Below, one piece after another: positions 28,131 through 41,178 of a stretch of DNA of 64,000 bases; position 1 is the stretch's first letter, and each line of letters opens with the position of its first letter. The DNA comes from Octopus vulgaris (Eukaryota). Below the pieces are notes generated by a model. It saw only the letters and a program-made list of their open reading frames with translations. It had not been told where the DNA came from and searched no databases. The translations under genes were made by a program, and so were the position numbers. The stretch spans positions 11,408,001-11,472,000 of the forward strand of contig OX597818.1 of assembly GCA_951406725.2 (NCBI GenBank), read 5' to 3'.

Positions 28131-28887
28131 TGGCCAGGAATATCAATATAGAAGCAGCTGTCTAAGCTTCTGTCTTTTGTCAAGTTTTAGTTTCAAAGAA
28201 ATAAGAAAATAGAGAGATAAGAAAGGAAAAGAAACGAAAAATAAAAAAGGTGGAGGGATAAAGCAGCAGAAGAAAGAGAGGGGGATGTGATGGGCCACAT
28301 ATTCCAGAACAAGTTGGGTGCTCATCTCCACCACACAGTAATGATTCAATGGCGTTGCTGCAGAGAATGGTCAGTGACACTTGCTGCAGCAACCACTCCA
28401 ACTCACTGGGCTCATTTCTCCAATGGGCTACCATTATCCCTATTTTTCAAGAAAGTGGCAGAATTAAAAGAGCATTAAACATTAGCTTCTTTCCTTTCCT
28501 TGCTAAGTTCAAACCCCACTGACCCCACAACTTTGCCTTTCATCTTTCTGGTGGTATATATACATAAGATACAATTTCATGGCTTTAAGCTATTGACATA
28601 AATTTCCTCTATGGGCAGCTTGCTAGTACTTATCTGTTACTTGCAAGTAAGTATGACCTGCTAGCTTGTACCATGATTTTGTAATTTGCTTTAGATACTT
28701 GTACAGTTGTTAGCAGACATAGACATCTTTTCAACCTACTACCATTGACCCAGCAGGAACATTGAGGATGTAACTACTAGAGAATGAAACAGTTACACTA
28801 GCAGCCAGATTCATGTCTTTGAGTACACAGACTGGAGCAGTGTGAAATGAGGTACCTTGATCAACAAGCTGCCTGTTCCAAAGATCA

Positions 28888-29110
28888 GCCCTTCAGTATT
28901 CAAATCAGCCATATCCGGCCCAAATATTCTACCTGTTTTATGTTCAAATTAGCCAGATCTGGCTTCTAATGCTAACCTTACAATATCATTCTTTCTAAAA
29001 ATTATACAATCACATTGTCAAAATCTCAAAGCTACAAGATAATACATGATTAATTCAAAACAATGCAAAAAAATATTACATATGACAAAGTAATCTGAAT
29101 GCTAAAGGAT
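28888..29110. mobile_element. TTAA-type MITE nested inside a SINE
   Basis: CCCTTCAGTATTCAAATCAGCCATATCCGG ... CTGAATGCTAAAGG. SINE sequence lies on both sides. Confidence 0.7.
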
Positions 29111-29131
29111 TAAACTCACAACTTTATGACC

Positions 29132-29480
29132 ATGAGCTCACACATCGTAACCACTAAGACCTTCATTAGTATATCATAGGTAACAATTATATGAGCTCAC
29201 TCATCCTAACCTTCACTAGTATACTATAAGTAACAATATATGAGCCCACTCATCCTAACCATCACTAGTATATTGTTGGTAACAATATAAGAGCTCACAC
29301 ATCTTAACCTTCACTAGTATATTGTTGGTAATGATATATGAGCTCACACATCTTAACCTTCACTAGTATATTGTTGGTAACAACATATGAGCTCACTCAT
29401 CCTAACCTTCACTAGGATACTATAAGTAACAATATATGAGCTCACACATCCTAACCATCACTAGTATATTGTAGGTAACA
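29132..29480. repeat. 49-bp minisatellite, about 7 copies
   Basis: Unit ATGAGCTCACACATCCTAACCTTCACTAGTATATTGTTGGTAACAATAT; starts at 29132, 29191, 29240, 29289, 29338, 29387 and 29436. Confidence 0.95.
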
Positions 29481-30247
29481 CTCCCTAAAGATCTAGTACT
29501 TATTCTTAATTGCTCTGTCATTCTTAAACAAGACTTTCTCCTCTGGCAAAATATTCAGCACTTAAACCCAGTATATTATTGATTCTACTTTCATTAACAC
29601 CAACATAAACAAGTCAGATAATTTCTGTATTTTTAGGACATTAATGAGAAACTCATTCATTACCAAATTGTTTCAGAAACATGCAAAATGGAGTTTAGTT
29701 ACTCAATCAAAACTACTTACCAATGGAGCAGTATATCTCTTTTATTAAATTATTTGGCCTTTTGTACCTCCAGTATAATGTCAGCGTGACATATCTTCAA
29801 TAAAGAAAGAACTATTTTAATGGTGAATTTAGTTTGTAATATTAATCATGAGGAATAAGAATATGTTTCAGCAAAAAAAAAAAAATGCTTCAGTTTTATA
29901 AAATGAGACAAGTAAAATTAACGTCCCTTCTTCCTTCTTCCTCTACCAACACCCCTACAACTTAGATTGCAATGTTTAAAGTAAGCATTTAGCTGTAACC
30001 CTATTAATTAATTCTTTCTATTTTTTAATAGAAAGGTAACTGGAGATGTAGCTTCACATTACATTTCTATCATCATGTTTAAAGGTGGAGTAATATATTT
30101 AGAAGATCAGATGTTGGATAGAAGGAGAAAGAAAATAAACTCTTCAGTCTTATGAGAGAGCCTCTGCTTGATCACTCAGCCTGCTGAAAATAACAGCTAA
30201 ATCTCTTTCAAATCGCTGTAACCTCAGGTCGCCTTCAGCCACACACA

Positions 30248-30304
<57 letters not shown>

Positions 30305-30449
30305 GCGCACACACATAGATATGAAACTTAAGCCATGAAAACTTCAATAAATAGGTTTGCCAATGCAGACAGGAAAAAAAGAACTCAAAACACAAGTGTG
30401 TGTGTGTGTATGTATATATAATAATATTAATAATAATAACAACAATAAT

Positions 30450-30566
30450 AATATTTGGCAGAAGTAACCAAGTGACTCAAGGGCCAAGAGTTTTGTGTGT
30501 TAGTTTGTTAAGTGCTAACACATGAAACTCTTGGCCCTTGAGACCCTGTTACTTCTACCAAATATT
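30450..30566. repeat. Fold-back palindrome (about 53-bp arms, 11-nt spacer)
   Basis: AATATTTGGCAGAAGTAAC...CTCAAGGGCCAAGAGTTTTGTGTGTTAG pairs with CTAACACATGAAACTCTTGGCCCTTGAG...GTTACTTCTACCAAATATT. Confidence 0.92.
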
Positions 30567-31835
30567 GATAAAAAATATACACTTTAATGAATAGAAATCC
30601 CTAAAATGAGTCCCAGACTAAGTACTGGGGTTAATATAATTAACTCAATCCTTTAAGGTGGTGTTCCAGTATGGCCTCAATCCAGTGACTGAAACCCATG
30701 AAAGAATATAAAAATTGTCCAAGTATTTACTAAATAACATGCTTATTTTTAACGTAATTCTACCAAATTTTTATGCATGTCTTGCATCTGCAGAAACTGA
30801 AAAAATATCTGTTGAAGAATCTTAAGTCTTAAACTATATATTTCCATTTTCCTTTGTGTGAAAATGGTTTATCTATTCTTCAGCTGAATCTGTCACATGA
30901 TCTTGATGGTTCCTTTTGCCATTCTTTCAACTTAACTGAATTTGCCATCAACCCTAATTATCGGAAAGAACTTTGAAACATTTTACACCTTTGATGCTTG
31001 GCACAGTTAAAAGACCAACTATTCTAATGTAGATTTGTAGAAAACACTCTCTTTAATCAAAATATGCTATGCAAGAAGAGCCTTCAGCATATTTGCTAGC
31101 CCTGTCATCCATAATTTTCAGCTCAGCACATGCTGACATGTTTTAAATGCTGTAACATGTCAATAGAAACTGGAAGTGGAAGGTTGGATTTAGACAGGAA
31201 AAAATAAAGCAGAGAAAAGGAGGGTAGTAAAAAAAATCTGCTGAGTCAAGAGAAAATATTTTGTAAGAGAACAATAACATATTGAATCTACAGCCATCAA
31301 AGAAACACTTTTAATAAATATTTCTTTTTTTCTGATATCACCATTGGTAATTTATTTTTGCATAAGACATTCATTCACAGTGAATAAAATCAAACTGAAA
31401 TATGTTGGAGATAGCAGTAGTAGTAGAGCTACCTCTACTGAAACTACTTAAAGAATAGATTATTTCTTAAATAAAAGAAGGTTCTCTCTGGTTGTTTGAC
31501 CTGTTAAAAAAACAGCCAAATCACACCCTACCATCTTGAAATTAAAAGAAGGTTGCATTAGATGATGTTGCCCTCATTACACTATCTTTGATAAAAAAAA
31601 AACCATAATGGTCATGGTTCTGCCTTAATCAGAGCTGATCTGGAGCTAAACAATCACAATGATACATCCTTTCTTAAATCATCAGCAAGCGAACCCTTTT
31701 ATTGTTGCATACATGACCTACTAGAAATAGCATTCAACCAAATATTCCTCAAATCATGCCCTAGGATCTTTGGGGTGGGTGGGAAAGCAACATCCTGTAG
31801 TGTAAATTTAGATGCCCTCCATTTAATGAAAATAT

Positions 31836-32040
31836 GGTTTCAATTCTGACTCAAGGCCAGCAGTTTTTGGGAAGGGGGAAAATCGATTACTTTAACCCCA
31901 GTGCTCAACTGGTACTTATTTTATTGACTCTGAAAGGATGAATGGTAAAGTCAGTGGAATTCAAACCCAGAACTTAAAGATGGATAAAATGCTACTAAGC
32001 ATTTTGCCTGGTGTGATAATGATTCTGCCAGCTCACCACT
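31836..32040 (-). mobile_element. SINE family 1
   Basis: Reverse complement of the family 1 consensus. Confidence 0.8.
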
Positions 32041-33837
32041 CATCTGAAGAAAATATTAAAAAAAGAATTTAAATTGGAAGGTCATGGTCAGAACACTCTT
32101 TAATCAAGTACTGCTTGTGATGGAACTCAACAGCAACATAGATTCTTTCTATCATTTAGTCAGTGACTGATAGAAAACCATTTCAGATTATCAGGTATCC
32201 AGTCTGGGAATAATTTATTTCCACCAGTTTCGGAAATCTTGAAAAAGAGTATTGTTCTTTATCCTTCGAACTAGATTTTGGAGGTGTTTAGTAAAATGGT
32301 GTGCATTCACTTTACAATCACATGATTTCAGCTTTAGTCTTTCTATGAAGCAATGAGGGTTTGCAACAAGAAAATCTGCCTTAATGTTTTTCGTCTGACC
32401 CATACAAGCATGGAAAAGTAGACATTAAAACAATGATGATGAGTGTATATTAGACTAGTGTTAACTGATTGAAAATTCATTATTCATATTCTAATTAGAT
32501 TTTGATTGAGATTTTAATTTAAATATGAACACTTTACTATGAGCAATCTGGGTGAAGAGGGGTACCAAGATAAAGATTAATATGATTAATATCAAATTTT
32601 ACCATTAGAAAAAATGCTGTGTTAGGAGATATCACATTGTGATTGACTTAGAGGTACCAGTATATTTCAAGGGTTTAATGATTAAGCTTGCTGCCATTTA
32701 GGAAATTTGTTGTGTTTCCTAGAACTGTCATTCTTTTAGCAGTAGCAGCAACAAATATCAATATGCTATCTTTTAAGAACTGAACTTTACTTATATATTA
32801 AATGATTCTGTATCCTTGCAAGTCTTATAACACCGCCATCATTTATAATTTTCAATATGGCTTTTTAATTAGACTACTTAATTATTACAAACCATCATCT
32901 TTGATTTAAAGCTAAAGCTTAATTGTTCTCTTTTGTTAATTTCATAGAAAACAGGAAACAATGTTTTTGTTTAATTCCAGCTCACCTGTGTTCTAGAGTT
33001 TTTCAGCTATAGTATATTTAGTATCACATTAGGCAATTTCATTTTCTCTTAATCTGAGGGATCCTTGACTTTTATTTCTGGGAGGTTGAGTTACCACAAA
33101 AGAGCATCCTCTGTTGGCCTGTGAAAAAATATATTTCTTATCTACCCATCTATATCAAATTGTAAAGTAGGAATACAAATACAACCTATACCCAGAGGTG
33201 CTTTTAACAGACTTTGTTTCATGACATTAAGCAGATATGAAACAAATCTTCCCACTAGATAGAATGTCAGTCATTAACACTTAATATTCCCTTCTGAATT
33301 GGTTCCTATCCTCAAAGTGTGGGGGAACTGAGGTAACACAGAGTAAAACAGTCTACTCCAGAAACATTGTGATTAAAGATAAATATCCTTCTCAGTAGGT
33401 AGGATGCTAGTCTATCTCAGACATTCCAAGTTTATCTACTGCCTGTTCTGAAGTCTTAGGTGAACTGAAAGTAAATTTTAATAAAGTGTCCTGACCCAGA
33501 TACACAATGAAACATCTAAGTGAATTTGAATTCATGAACAGATAGTTCAGGACTTTATCCACAATTGCTTAGAATCCTTAGCCATTTGATGTGATTCTCA
33601 GGCAGGATCTATGTGACTTTGAATTATAAATACAGTCTATGCAATGTTACTCACAAAGATTGATTTCTTCAAAGCTATAGGAAATGACACTTACCTGAAA
33701 TATCACACTGTGGGATTGAACTAGAAGCCTCATGATTGTAAACTGAGCTTCATAATCATTTGTCTGCCTAAAGTATGAGATCCTTCAATAAACAAGCTAG
33801 AGTATAACATCTTATATCTTAGTCAATACAATATTAA

Positions 33838-34051
33838 CCCTTTAGATTACTCTATCAAATATAATGCTTATTTATTCATATTGTTTTGAATTAATCATGC
33901 TTTATCTCATAGCTTTGAGATTTCAATGATGTGATTGTTTGTTTTTTAGAATGACATTGTAGGGTAGGTGTCAGAAGCCAGATCTAGCCAGTCTGAACAT
34001 AAAGCAGGTAGAATATTTGGATTGGATATGGCTGGTTTAAATGCTAAAGGG
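33838..34051. mobile_element. TTAA-flanked (piggyBac-like) MITE of about 215 bp
   Basis: TTAA|CCCTTTAG ... CTAAAGGG|TCAA. Same family in opposite orientation at about 4545-4700, 28888-29110 and 55066-55267. Confidence 0.75.
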
Positions 34052-35052
34052 TCAAGAGATGAAACCTACTGTGAATAAAGATCATGTCATAACTGCAAAC
34101 AAATTTAATCATAGGTCTTACCAAATAAGGATTAGCTTGGGATTAAACAGCAAGGTCAAAAATAATTGGCTCATTTTCTGCTATCTTCTGTCCAATAGAA
34201 GTTGTTTAGTCCTGTGTCTACTTTGAATAAATAAAATATAAGGATTTCAAATTTTGGCACAAGGCCAGCAACTCCGAAACAATGAAAGACAGATGAAATG
34301 CTGCTAAGCATTTTGCCCAGAATGTGAACAATTCTGCCAAGCTCACTGCCTCCAAATAAAACATAATAATTTAAAAAATCAAACTTTACAGGAAGAGGAA
34401 AATGTGGTGGAGTGGCAGATATGCTAGTTGTGATTATTGCAGGTGACCTCAAGTTCTGAATTGATTCAGGGGATCTATAATTAAAGGCATTCCCGACATG
34501 ACCTTCCCATTTTTTTTTTATATGGAATATAATCAACATTACCCCTTCTTGTATTTAAGATGGTAGGCTGGGATTTGAAGGTGATTTCTTGTTATTTCAT
34601 TTCCTCCAATAGTACTGAGCAATACTGAAGTCCCTAGGGAATGCCCATTTTCTTTTAGCCCATATTGTAGCACACTTATGTAAAGGCTCTGTCATTTAAG
34701 TGTTGTTGTTGTTGTTTATCCAGGTAGTCCTTCATCAAAAGCATTCTAGGCATGTACCCCAGACTACATTACTACGTCCTTTTTTTAAGCCATTACAATG
34801 TGGTTTGAGGGAAAGTTGGCTGCTATTTCTAAAAGATATTGCAAAAACATATTGGCTCCACAGCTTGATGGTTGTTATGGTTGGGTTTAAGCCCTAAGTT
34901 TGTCCTGATCAAGCAAATTTAAGTTGAGAGACATTATAACTCTGACCATCTTGCCATTTTAGGAGGATCTAAGACTGTCTGATATAGCTTCACTTATATG
35001 TAGAAGGTGAAATGATAATGTGGAGGTTGTCTGACTAGTGGTTGTATCATCT

Positions 35053-35280
35053 TATTTCTTTATTGCCCACAAGGGGCTAAACATAGAGGGGACAAACAAA
35101 GACAGACAAACGGATTAAGTCGATTACAATCGACCCCAGTGCGTAACTGGGACTTAATTTATCAACCCCAAAAGGATGAAAGGCAGAGTTGCCCTCAGCG
35201 GAATTTGAACTCAGAACGCAGCAGCGAACGAAATATCAAAGAATTTCGCCCAGCGTGCTAACGTTTCTGCCAGCTCGTCA
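35053..35280 (-). mobile_element. SINE family 1, young subfamily
   Basis: CpG-rich, with a perfect 14-bp TSD TGGTTGTATCATCT (35039-35052 and 35281-35294). Confidence 0.92.
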
Positions 35281-35854
35281 TGGTTGTATCATCTGGGGTG
35301 CTGGTTGCAGTGGTGATGTTAAAGGTGTGCTTTTGATATTGGTGGTAATGAGGATGTCAGGTGTACTGGTGATGTTGTTTGGTAGTGGTAGTAACATATC
35401 AGGTGTGCTAGTGATGGTGGTGGTGTTGATGTTTAGGGGAATGCTGGTATAGAGGGGTTGCTGCTTGTGGTGTTTGTAGTGGTGGTGGTTGCTTATTTTT
35501 ATCTGGCTCTGTTATCTGTCATTGAAAACAGAAACGATACAATGTGAATAATGGGTCTAGAAGCAACAGAAAGATGAATAGTGAAATAGATTTCTATAGA
35601 TTCCATACCCCTCACTTCCCCTCAAAAAACCATGTATGACATTTTCACATAATGCTGTAAAAATCTAGATTATGGAAGCAGTGACAGAAAAGAACTGGGA
35701 GGTGGGGAAGAGAAACTATTGCTAACCCTACATTTCATACATCAGGAAATCAAAATATAAAGGATATTTGAATATTTTGTTTGTATTGTTTTTTTTTATC
35801 GGTTCTCTTTTCTTTTACATTTTTATTCATGTATCTTCCTTCTCCTCCTCAACA

Positions 35855-35883
35855 TTATCATCATCATCATCATCATCATCATT

Positions 35884-35915
<32 letters not shown>

Positions 35916-35948
35916 TATTGTTATTGTTATTATTATTATTATTATCAT
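35855..35948. repeat. Compound (CAT)n/(TAT)n microsatellite
   Basis: Directly visible; explains the poly-H/S/D/M ORFs. Confidence 0.95.
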
Positions 35949-36209
35949 CCCTACTATTGTCATTTTTATTATTGCAGTTCCTATTGTAAAACCAATAGAG
36001 AGAGAGAAAAAAAAATGCATCTGCCACACCCCCTCCACACCAACCTTCTCACTACCCCATAAGCCATCATTTTTGATCATTAGTAAAAATAGAAGAATTA
36101 TTCAATGGATTTGCAGAATTATTGGCAATAATTATATCACATGGCTACATATATTTCTTCATGTGATATGGAGATATCTAGCTAATAACTCATAATAATA
36201 ATAATAATA

Positions 36210-36245
<36 letters not shown>

Positions 36246-36426
36246 TAAAATGCCTCAAATTCAAAAGGGGTATGTATGAGTGTGCATGTTTGTGTTTTTA
36301 TGATTAGGTGTGCATACACACACACACACATGCATGCACATCTACTTATGAATACATGTATGTATATATATGTATAAATGTACATATGTATATATGTACA
36401 TACATATATATAATGTATTTATGTAT

Positions 36427-36479
<53 letters not shown>

Positions 36480-36722
36480 CATGTACATATATACACACAC
36501 ACACATATATTTCTGGTAGTAAGTGAATGAATCTTGAATGTTCTCTATAATCAGTTTTCCAGTTAGTCAATGAACTGAACAACCTACACATTGACACAGC
36601 GAATTAGTGTGCAAGTTGTTGAGTATTTCACCATTGACATGATTTGCACCATTAACATAATTTGTAGGTTAAATCAACATGAGAGTATGTGAAAAGCTTC
36701 TTTATTACTATTATTATTATTA

Positions 36723-36771
<49 letters not shown>

Positions 36772-36772
<1 letters not shown>

Positions 36773-37000
36773 TTATTTCTTTACTACCCACAAGGGGCTA
36801 AACACAGAGGGGACAAACAAGGACAGACAAACGGATTAAGTCAATTACATCGACCCCAGTGCGTAACTGGTACTTAATTTGTCAACCCCAAAAGGATGAA
36901 AGGCAAAGTCAACCTTGGCAGAATTTGAACTCAGAACGTAATGGCAGACGAAATACGGCTATGCATTTCGCCCGGCGTGCTAACGGTTCTGCCAGACTCC
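36772..37000 (-). mobile_element. SINE family 1, young subfamily, with (ATT)n tail
   Basis: Closely similar to 35053-35280; (ATT)n at 36703-36771 is at its 3' end. Confidence 0.88.
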
Positions 37001-37141
37001 ACACAATTCGGTTTCCTCCACAAGACTTGGGTGGACCTAGTGCTGTGGTCAAAGACATTTGCCCAGGATGTCTTGAACTTACAATTGCAAATGGTATCCC
37101 TTAACCCACTTGATCATACCTCCATTCAATATATATGTATA

Positions 37142-37209
<68 letters not shown>

Positions 37210-37211
37210 TC

Positions 37212-37424
37212 AAGGTGGAAAGCTGACAGAATTTTTAGCATGCTGAGCAAAATGCTTAGCAGCATTTTGTCTGTCTTTACATTCTGTGTTCAAATTCTGC
37301 CAAGGTTGACTTTGCCTTTCATCCCTTTGGGGTCAATAAAATAAGTACCATTCGAGCACTGAGGCTGATCAAATCATCTTACACATCCTCCAAAATTACT
37401 AGTCTTGTGCCAAAATTTGAAACC
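37212..37424 (+). mobile_element. SINE family 1
   Basis: AAGGTGGAAAGCTGACAGAA ... CAAAATTTGAAACC. Confidence 0.82.
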
Positions 37425-37435
37425 AATATATATAT

Positions 37436-37471
<36 letters not shown>

Positions 37472-37480
37472 ATATATAGC

Positions 37481-37642
37481 TGCAGGCAGCATGATTGTGT
37501 GATTGAGAAGCTTGCTTCCCAACCACATGGATACTGGTTCAAACCCACTATATGACTCCTTGGGCAAATGCCTTCTACAATAGCCCCAGGATAACCAAAG
37601 TCTTCTGAGTGGATTTGGTTGATAGAAATTAAAAGAAGCTTG

Positions 37643-37679
<37 letters not shown>

Positions 37680-37905
37680 CACATGTGTGTGTGTCTCTGT
37701 CTATCTTTGTGCCTCCTTGTCTTGAAATCATGATAAATGTAAATGAGTGTCCCTAACATACAAGCAGTATCTCTCATTTCCAATATAGTGCAAAAACATG
37801 TCTGGCCACAGGGAAATGCTTCCTGACCGTAGAAAAATCTGCCTCAAAAGACTCCATTCAGCCCAGGCAAGCATGGGAAAGAGAACATCAAAACAACGAT
37901 GATGA
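37481..37905 (+). mobile_element. SINE family 2
   Basis: GAGAAGCTTGCTTCCCAACCACATGG...GGTTCAAACCC...TTGGGCAAATG, then (TG)n, then tail ...GCAAGCATGG...ACGATGATGAT. Confidence 0.8.
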
Positions 37906-38476
37906 TATATTCATTATAACTCTTGATCATGGATCAAGCAAAATGTATAAACACACTCTGTACAAAGTTAATATTTCTATTATTAAACTGTTGATGCTTT
38001 CCAATTGAAGAACTGGTTGAATACACAGGTATGTCTCTTCACAGACAAGATTGACTGTCACAGTCAGTCTTTCTTTTGAAGATATACAAATATCTACTGA
38101 AGCAAATGTAATATTGCTAGGCATCACCTGCTTAATAAAAGAAATGTATTTGTTCATTTCATCCATTTTTATGTCTGTTTTTTCATGTTTGCATAGGTTA
38201 GATGAATATATTATTCAGACATTGTTATAAAGTTGGGTACCTCTCCTGTCAACAATCATTCCATTTTTCAAATAAGGAATTTTTTATTCCTTGTAGCTTT
38301 AAAAGAGGAAAAGAAATGGATAACTTGTTGACAGGAAAACTGACAATAACCCCACCCACACCCTACGACTTTCATAGAAGCAATCTAGATGTAAACAAAC
38401 TCAAACACACAAACATACATATATACACACATACATAGAGTAGACACACAAACACAGATACATATTCACACACATA

Positions 38477-38702
38477 TAGGGTTGGCCAAAAGTCACCTGA
38501 CAGTAAATCAAAACCATTTAATTCCATTATATATTTATGTTTAACAACTGAATGAATTTAATAAAAGCATCTAAATATGGAACATCATGAAAATTGTACA
38601 AACTGATGTCCTTCTTGAGTGACACCATTTTCCCAAATGAATAAATAAAATTGAATATTAAGTATTTTTGATTTACTGTCAGGTGACTTTTGACCAACCC
38701 TG
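38477..38702. mobile_element. Tc1/mariner-type MITE
   Basis: About 37-bp TIRs (agggttggccaaaagtcacctgacagtaaatcaaaa / ttttgatttactgtcaggtgacttttgaccaaccctg) flanked by TA. Confidence 0.88.
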
Positions 38703-39928
38703 TATGTTGGTCTTCTTTCATTGCTTTCTACCAAAACCACTCACAAGGCTTTGGTTGGCCAAAGATTATAGTAGAAGACACTTGCCGAAAAGTGTCACAT
38801 TGAGAGATTAAATTCATGATCTTATAGTTGGGAAGCAAATTTCTGAACCACACAGGTATACCAGCACCTGTAAACAATATATCATTTCTACACTCACACA
38901 TCTCCTAATATAATAATGAGCTAAGTGTTTTTATATATTTGTCCAAAATCACACCAGATGCAGAGGAGGAGAGAAAATAGTAATTCAGTGAAGGAGAAGT
39001 AGTGAGAGTAATAGCAATGAGGGAAAGGAAGGGGTGATAGATGAATAAGGAAAGAAGGATGAAAAAGAAAAATCAGCATTTCAACTCTGTGTGAGTATCT
39101 GTGTGTGTGTGCGCACGTGTACAAGGGAAATATGTGAATGCTTGTATGTGTGATTATTATGTACCTTACCTATATAAAAAATACTACAATTAGCCATCAT
39201 TATTGATGGCACATGGTCAGCTAGTATACATAGATTTTGCCACTTCGTCAGTTTCAGGCACAAAGAAAATGTAGACTAGGCAGGAACAGTCGTGGTTTTC
39301 TACTCCCAAAACTGCACCTTTACAACACCCTTAAAATATATATATATTTGTATATGCAAATAGCCTTGACCTTCAGCCCTCAACTTTTAGCGGAGTTGTA
39401 AAAGTGCAATATTTCATTGTCACAGATGTGTGGAATAAGGCAGCCACCACAACAAGAGTGGTTGACCTTTAGCTGAGGGTCTGTCAGTTATATCTCTCAC
39501 AATCTTATTTACTAGACACAGCTATTAGACTAGTGCAAAGTTTTTTTTAAAGGATGAAAGAGCTATGTGCACAGCAGATGTACTCTCACATTTTCTCACA
39601 ATATGCCAAGTGGCAAGATAATGTCAAGGCATCTAAGCTTCTTTGAGAATGCAAGAGATTACTGAAGTAGTTGAAGGAATCCCCAGACTTCACAGAGCCA
39701 TCTTAATTGGTGTGTGTCTGGGTCATAAAACATTGTTCCAGATTTTGCCCAACCTTATAGCTTTTAACTCAGCATTTCATTGTTTCCACCAGCATCAGTT
39801 GCCCCCAGTGGCTGCTGTCAACTTCAGAGTTGTGGAGATGAATGTTATATTTTCCATGCTTAATTTGAATGAGATGAATATATGCCATAAAGCATACACA
39901 AACATATTTAATGTGCATTTGCACATGT

Positions 39929-40290
39929 AGGTGCAGCCATGGCTGTGTGGTTTTAGGTTCAGTCCTCCTACATGGCACCTTGGGCAAAAGTGTTCTGTAT
40001 AGCCTCAGGCTGACCAAATCTTTGTGAGTATATTTAGTAGATGGAAACTGAAAGAATCCTATCATATATATGTGTGTGTGTGTGCATTTGTCTTTGTGTC
40101 TGTGTTTCGCCCCCACTGCCACTTGACAACCTGTGTTGGTGTGTTTAAGTCCCTGTAACTTAGCAGTTTGGCAAATGAGACCAATAGCATTTATTTTATA
40201 AATTAAGTCCTGGGGTCAATTTGTTCAGCTAACGCCCATCAATACAGTGCCCCATCATGGCTGCAGTCAAATTATTGAAACAAGTAAAAG
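39929..40290 (+). mobile_element. SINE family 2
   Basis: GGTGCAGCCATGGCTGTGTGG...GGTTCAGTCC...GGCACCTTGGGC...GAAACAAGTAAAAG; reverse complement of 15745-16140. Confidence 0.8.
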
Positions 40291-40939
40291 ATGATATTTA
40301 GATATTGATTCTTTTGAGTTCATCTGCTCATGGACACATTGTTTTTTATTTTTTTTATCCTGCCAGAATTGTGCATATACATGTGTGTGTGAGTGTGTAG
40401 TCATATATATAGCTCAGTAGTTCAAAACTTAGCTTTACAACTACATACATTTAGCTTCAGTCACATTGTGCAGCATTTTGGTCAAGCAGCTTCTTCTATA
40501 ACCCCAGGCCAACCAGTGCTTAATGAGTGAATTTTGTAGAGGAAAAACTGAAAAGAAGATCACTGTATGTGTTTGGGTGTGACAGAGTGCAGGCATGCAT
40601 GCATATGTGCATGTGTGTCTCTTTGTGTCTTCCCAATGCACACAGATTGTAAACAACTTCCTTGTCATACAAGTTGAAGTTGTCTATGAACATGATTGCA
40701 CTAGGGGAAAATATTACATTACTTAAAAATAGCTGCTATTTATTGACAGGAAGAGCACCCCAACCCTGTAGTCACTCAGCCAGCATGGAGAAATAAACAT
40801 TAAAACAATGATGATAATAATGACATATACACACGTGCACACACACACACACACATACAATATATATATATATATACATATATGTATATATTTATATATT
40901 ATTATATATGTATGTATATATATATATATATCAGAATGC

Positions 40940-41065
40940 AAACACACACAAAGAGACGACACAAAACTGAATCAGCCGAAATTGCTAAGATGATCCGGTT
41001 CCCGACTGAAGATTAGAGGCTTCGAATGACCCGTCTGTTTTTTTGTGTCGTCTCTTTGTGTGTTT
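40940..41065. repeat. Inverted repeat (about 25-bp arms) around a CpG-rich 70-bp core
   Basis: ACACACAAAGAGACGACACAAAA / TTTTGTGTCGTCTCTTTGTGTGT, flanked by (TA)n tracts. Confidence 0.85.
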
Positions 41066-41141
41066 TTGTGTTCTTGTCCCATTTTGTAATTTTTTAAAAA
41101 TTTCTATACATATATTATTGCGGCGTAACGTACCCCTATCT

Positions 41142-41178
<37 letters not shown>

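Noticed and set aside
29132-29480. Regularly spaced repeats resembling a CRISPR array
   Set aside because: Units are contiguous with no unique spacers, no cas genes are present, and the context is a eukaryotic intron; it is a minisatellite.
35768-36080. ORFs with poly-His/Ser/Asp/Met
   Set aside because: They are translations of (CAT)n/(TAT)n microsatellites, open in several frames and strands, with no splice or homology support.
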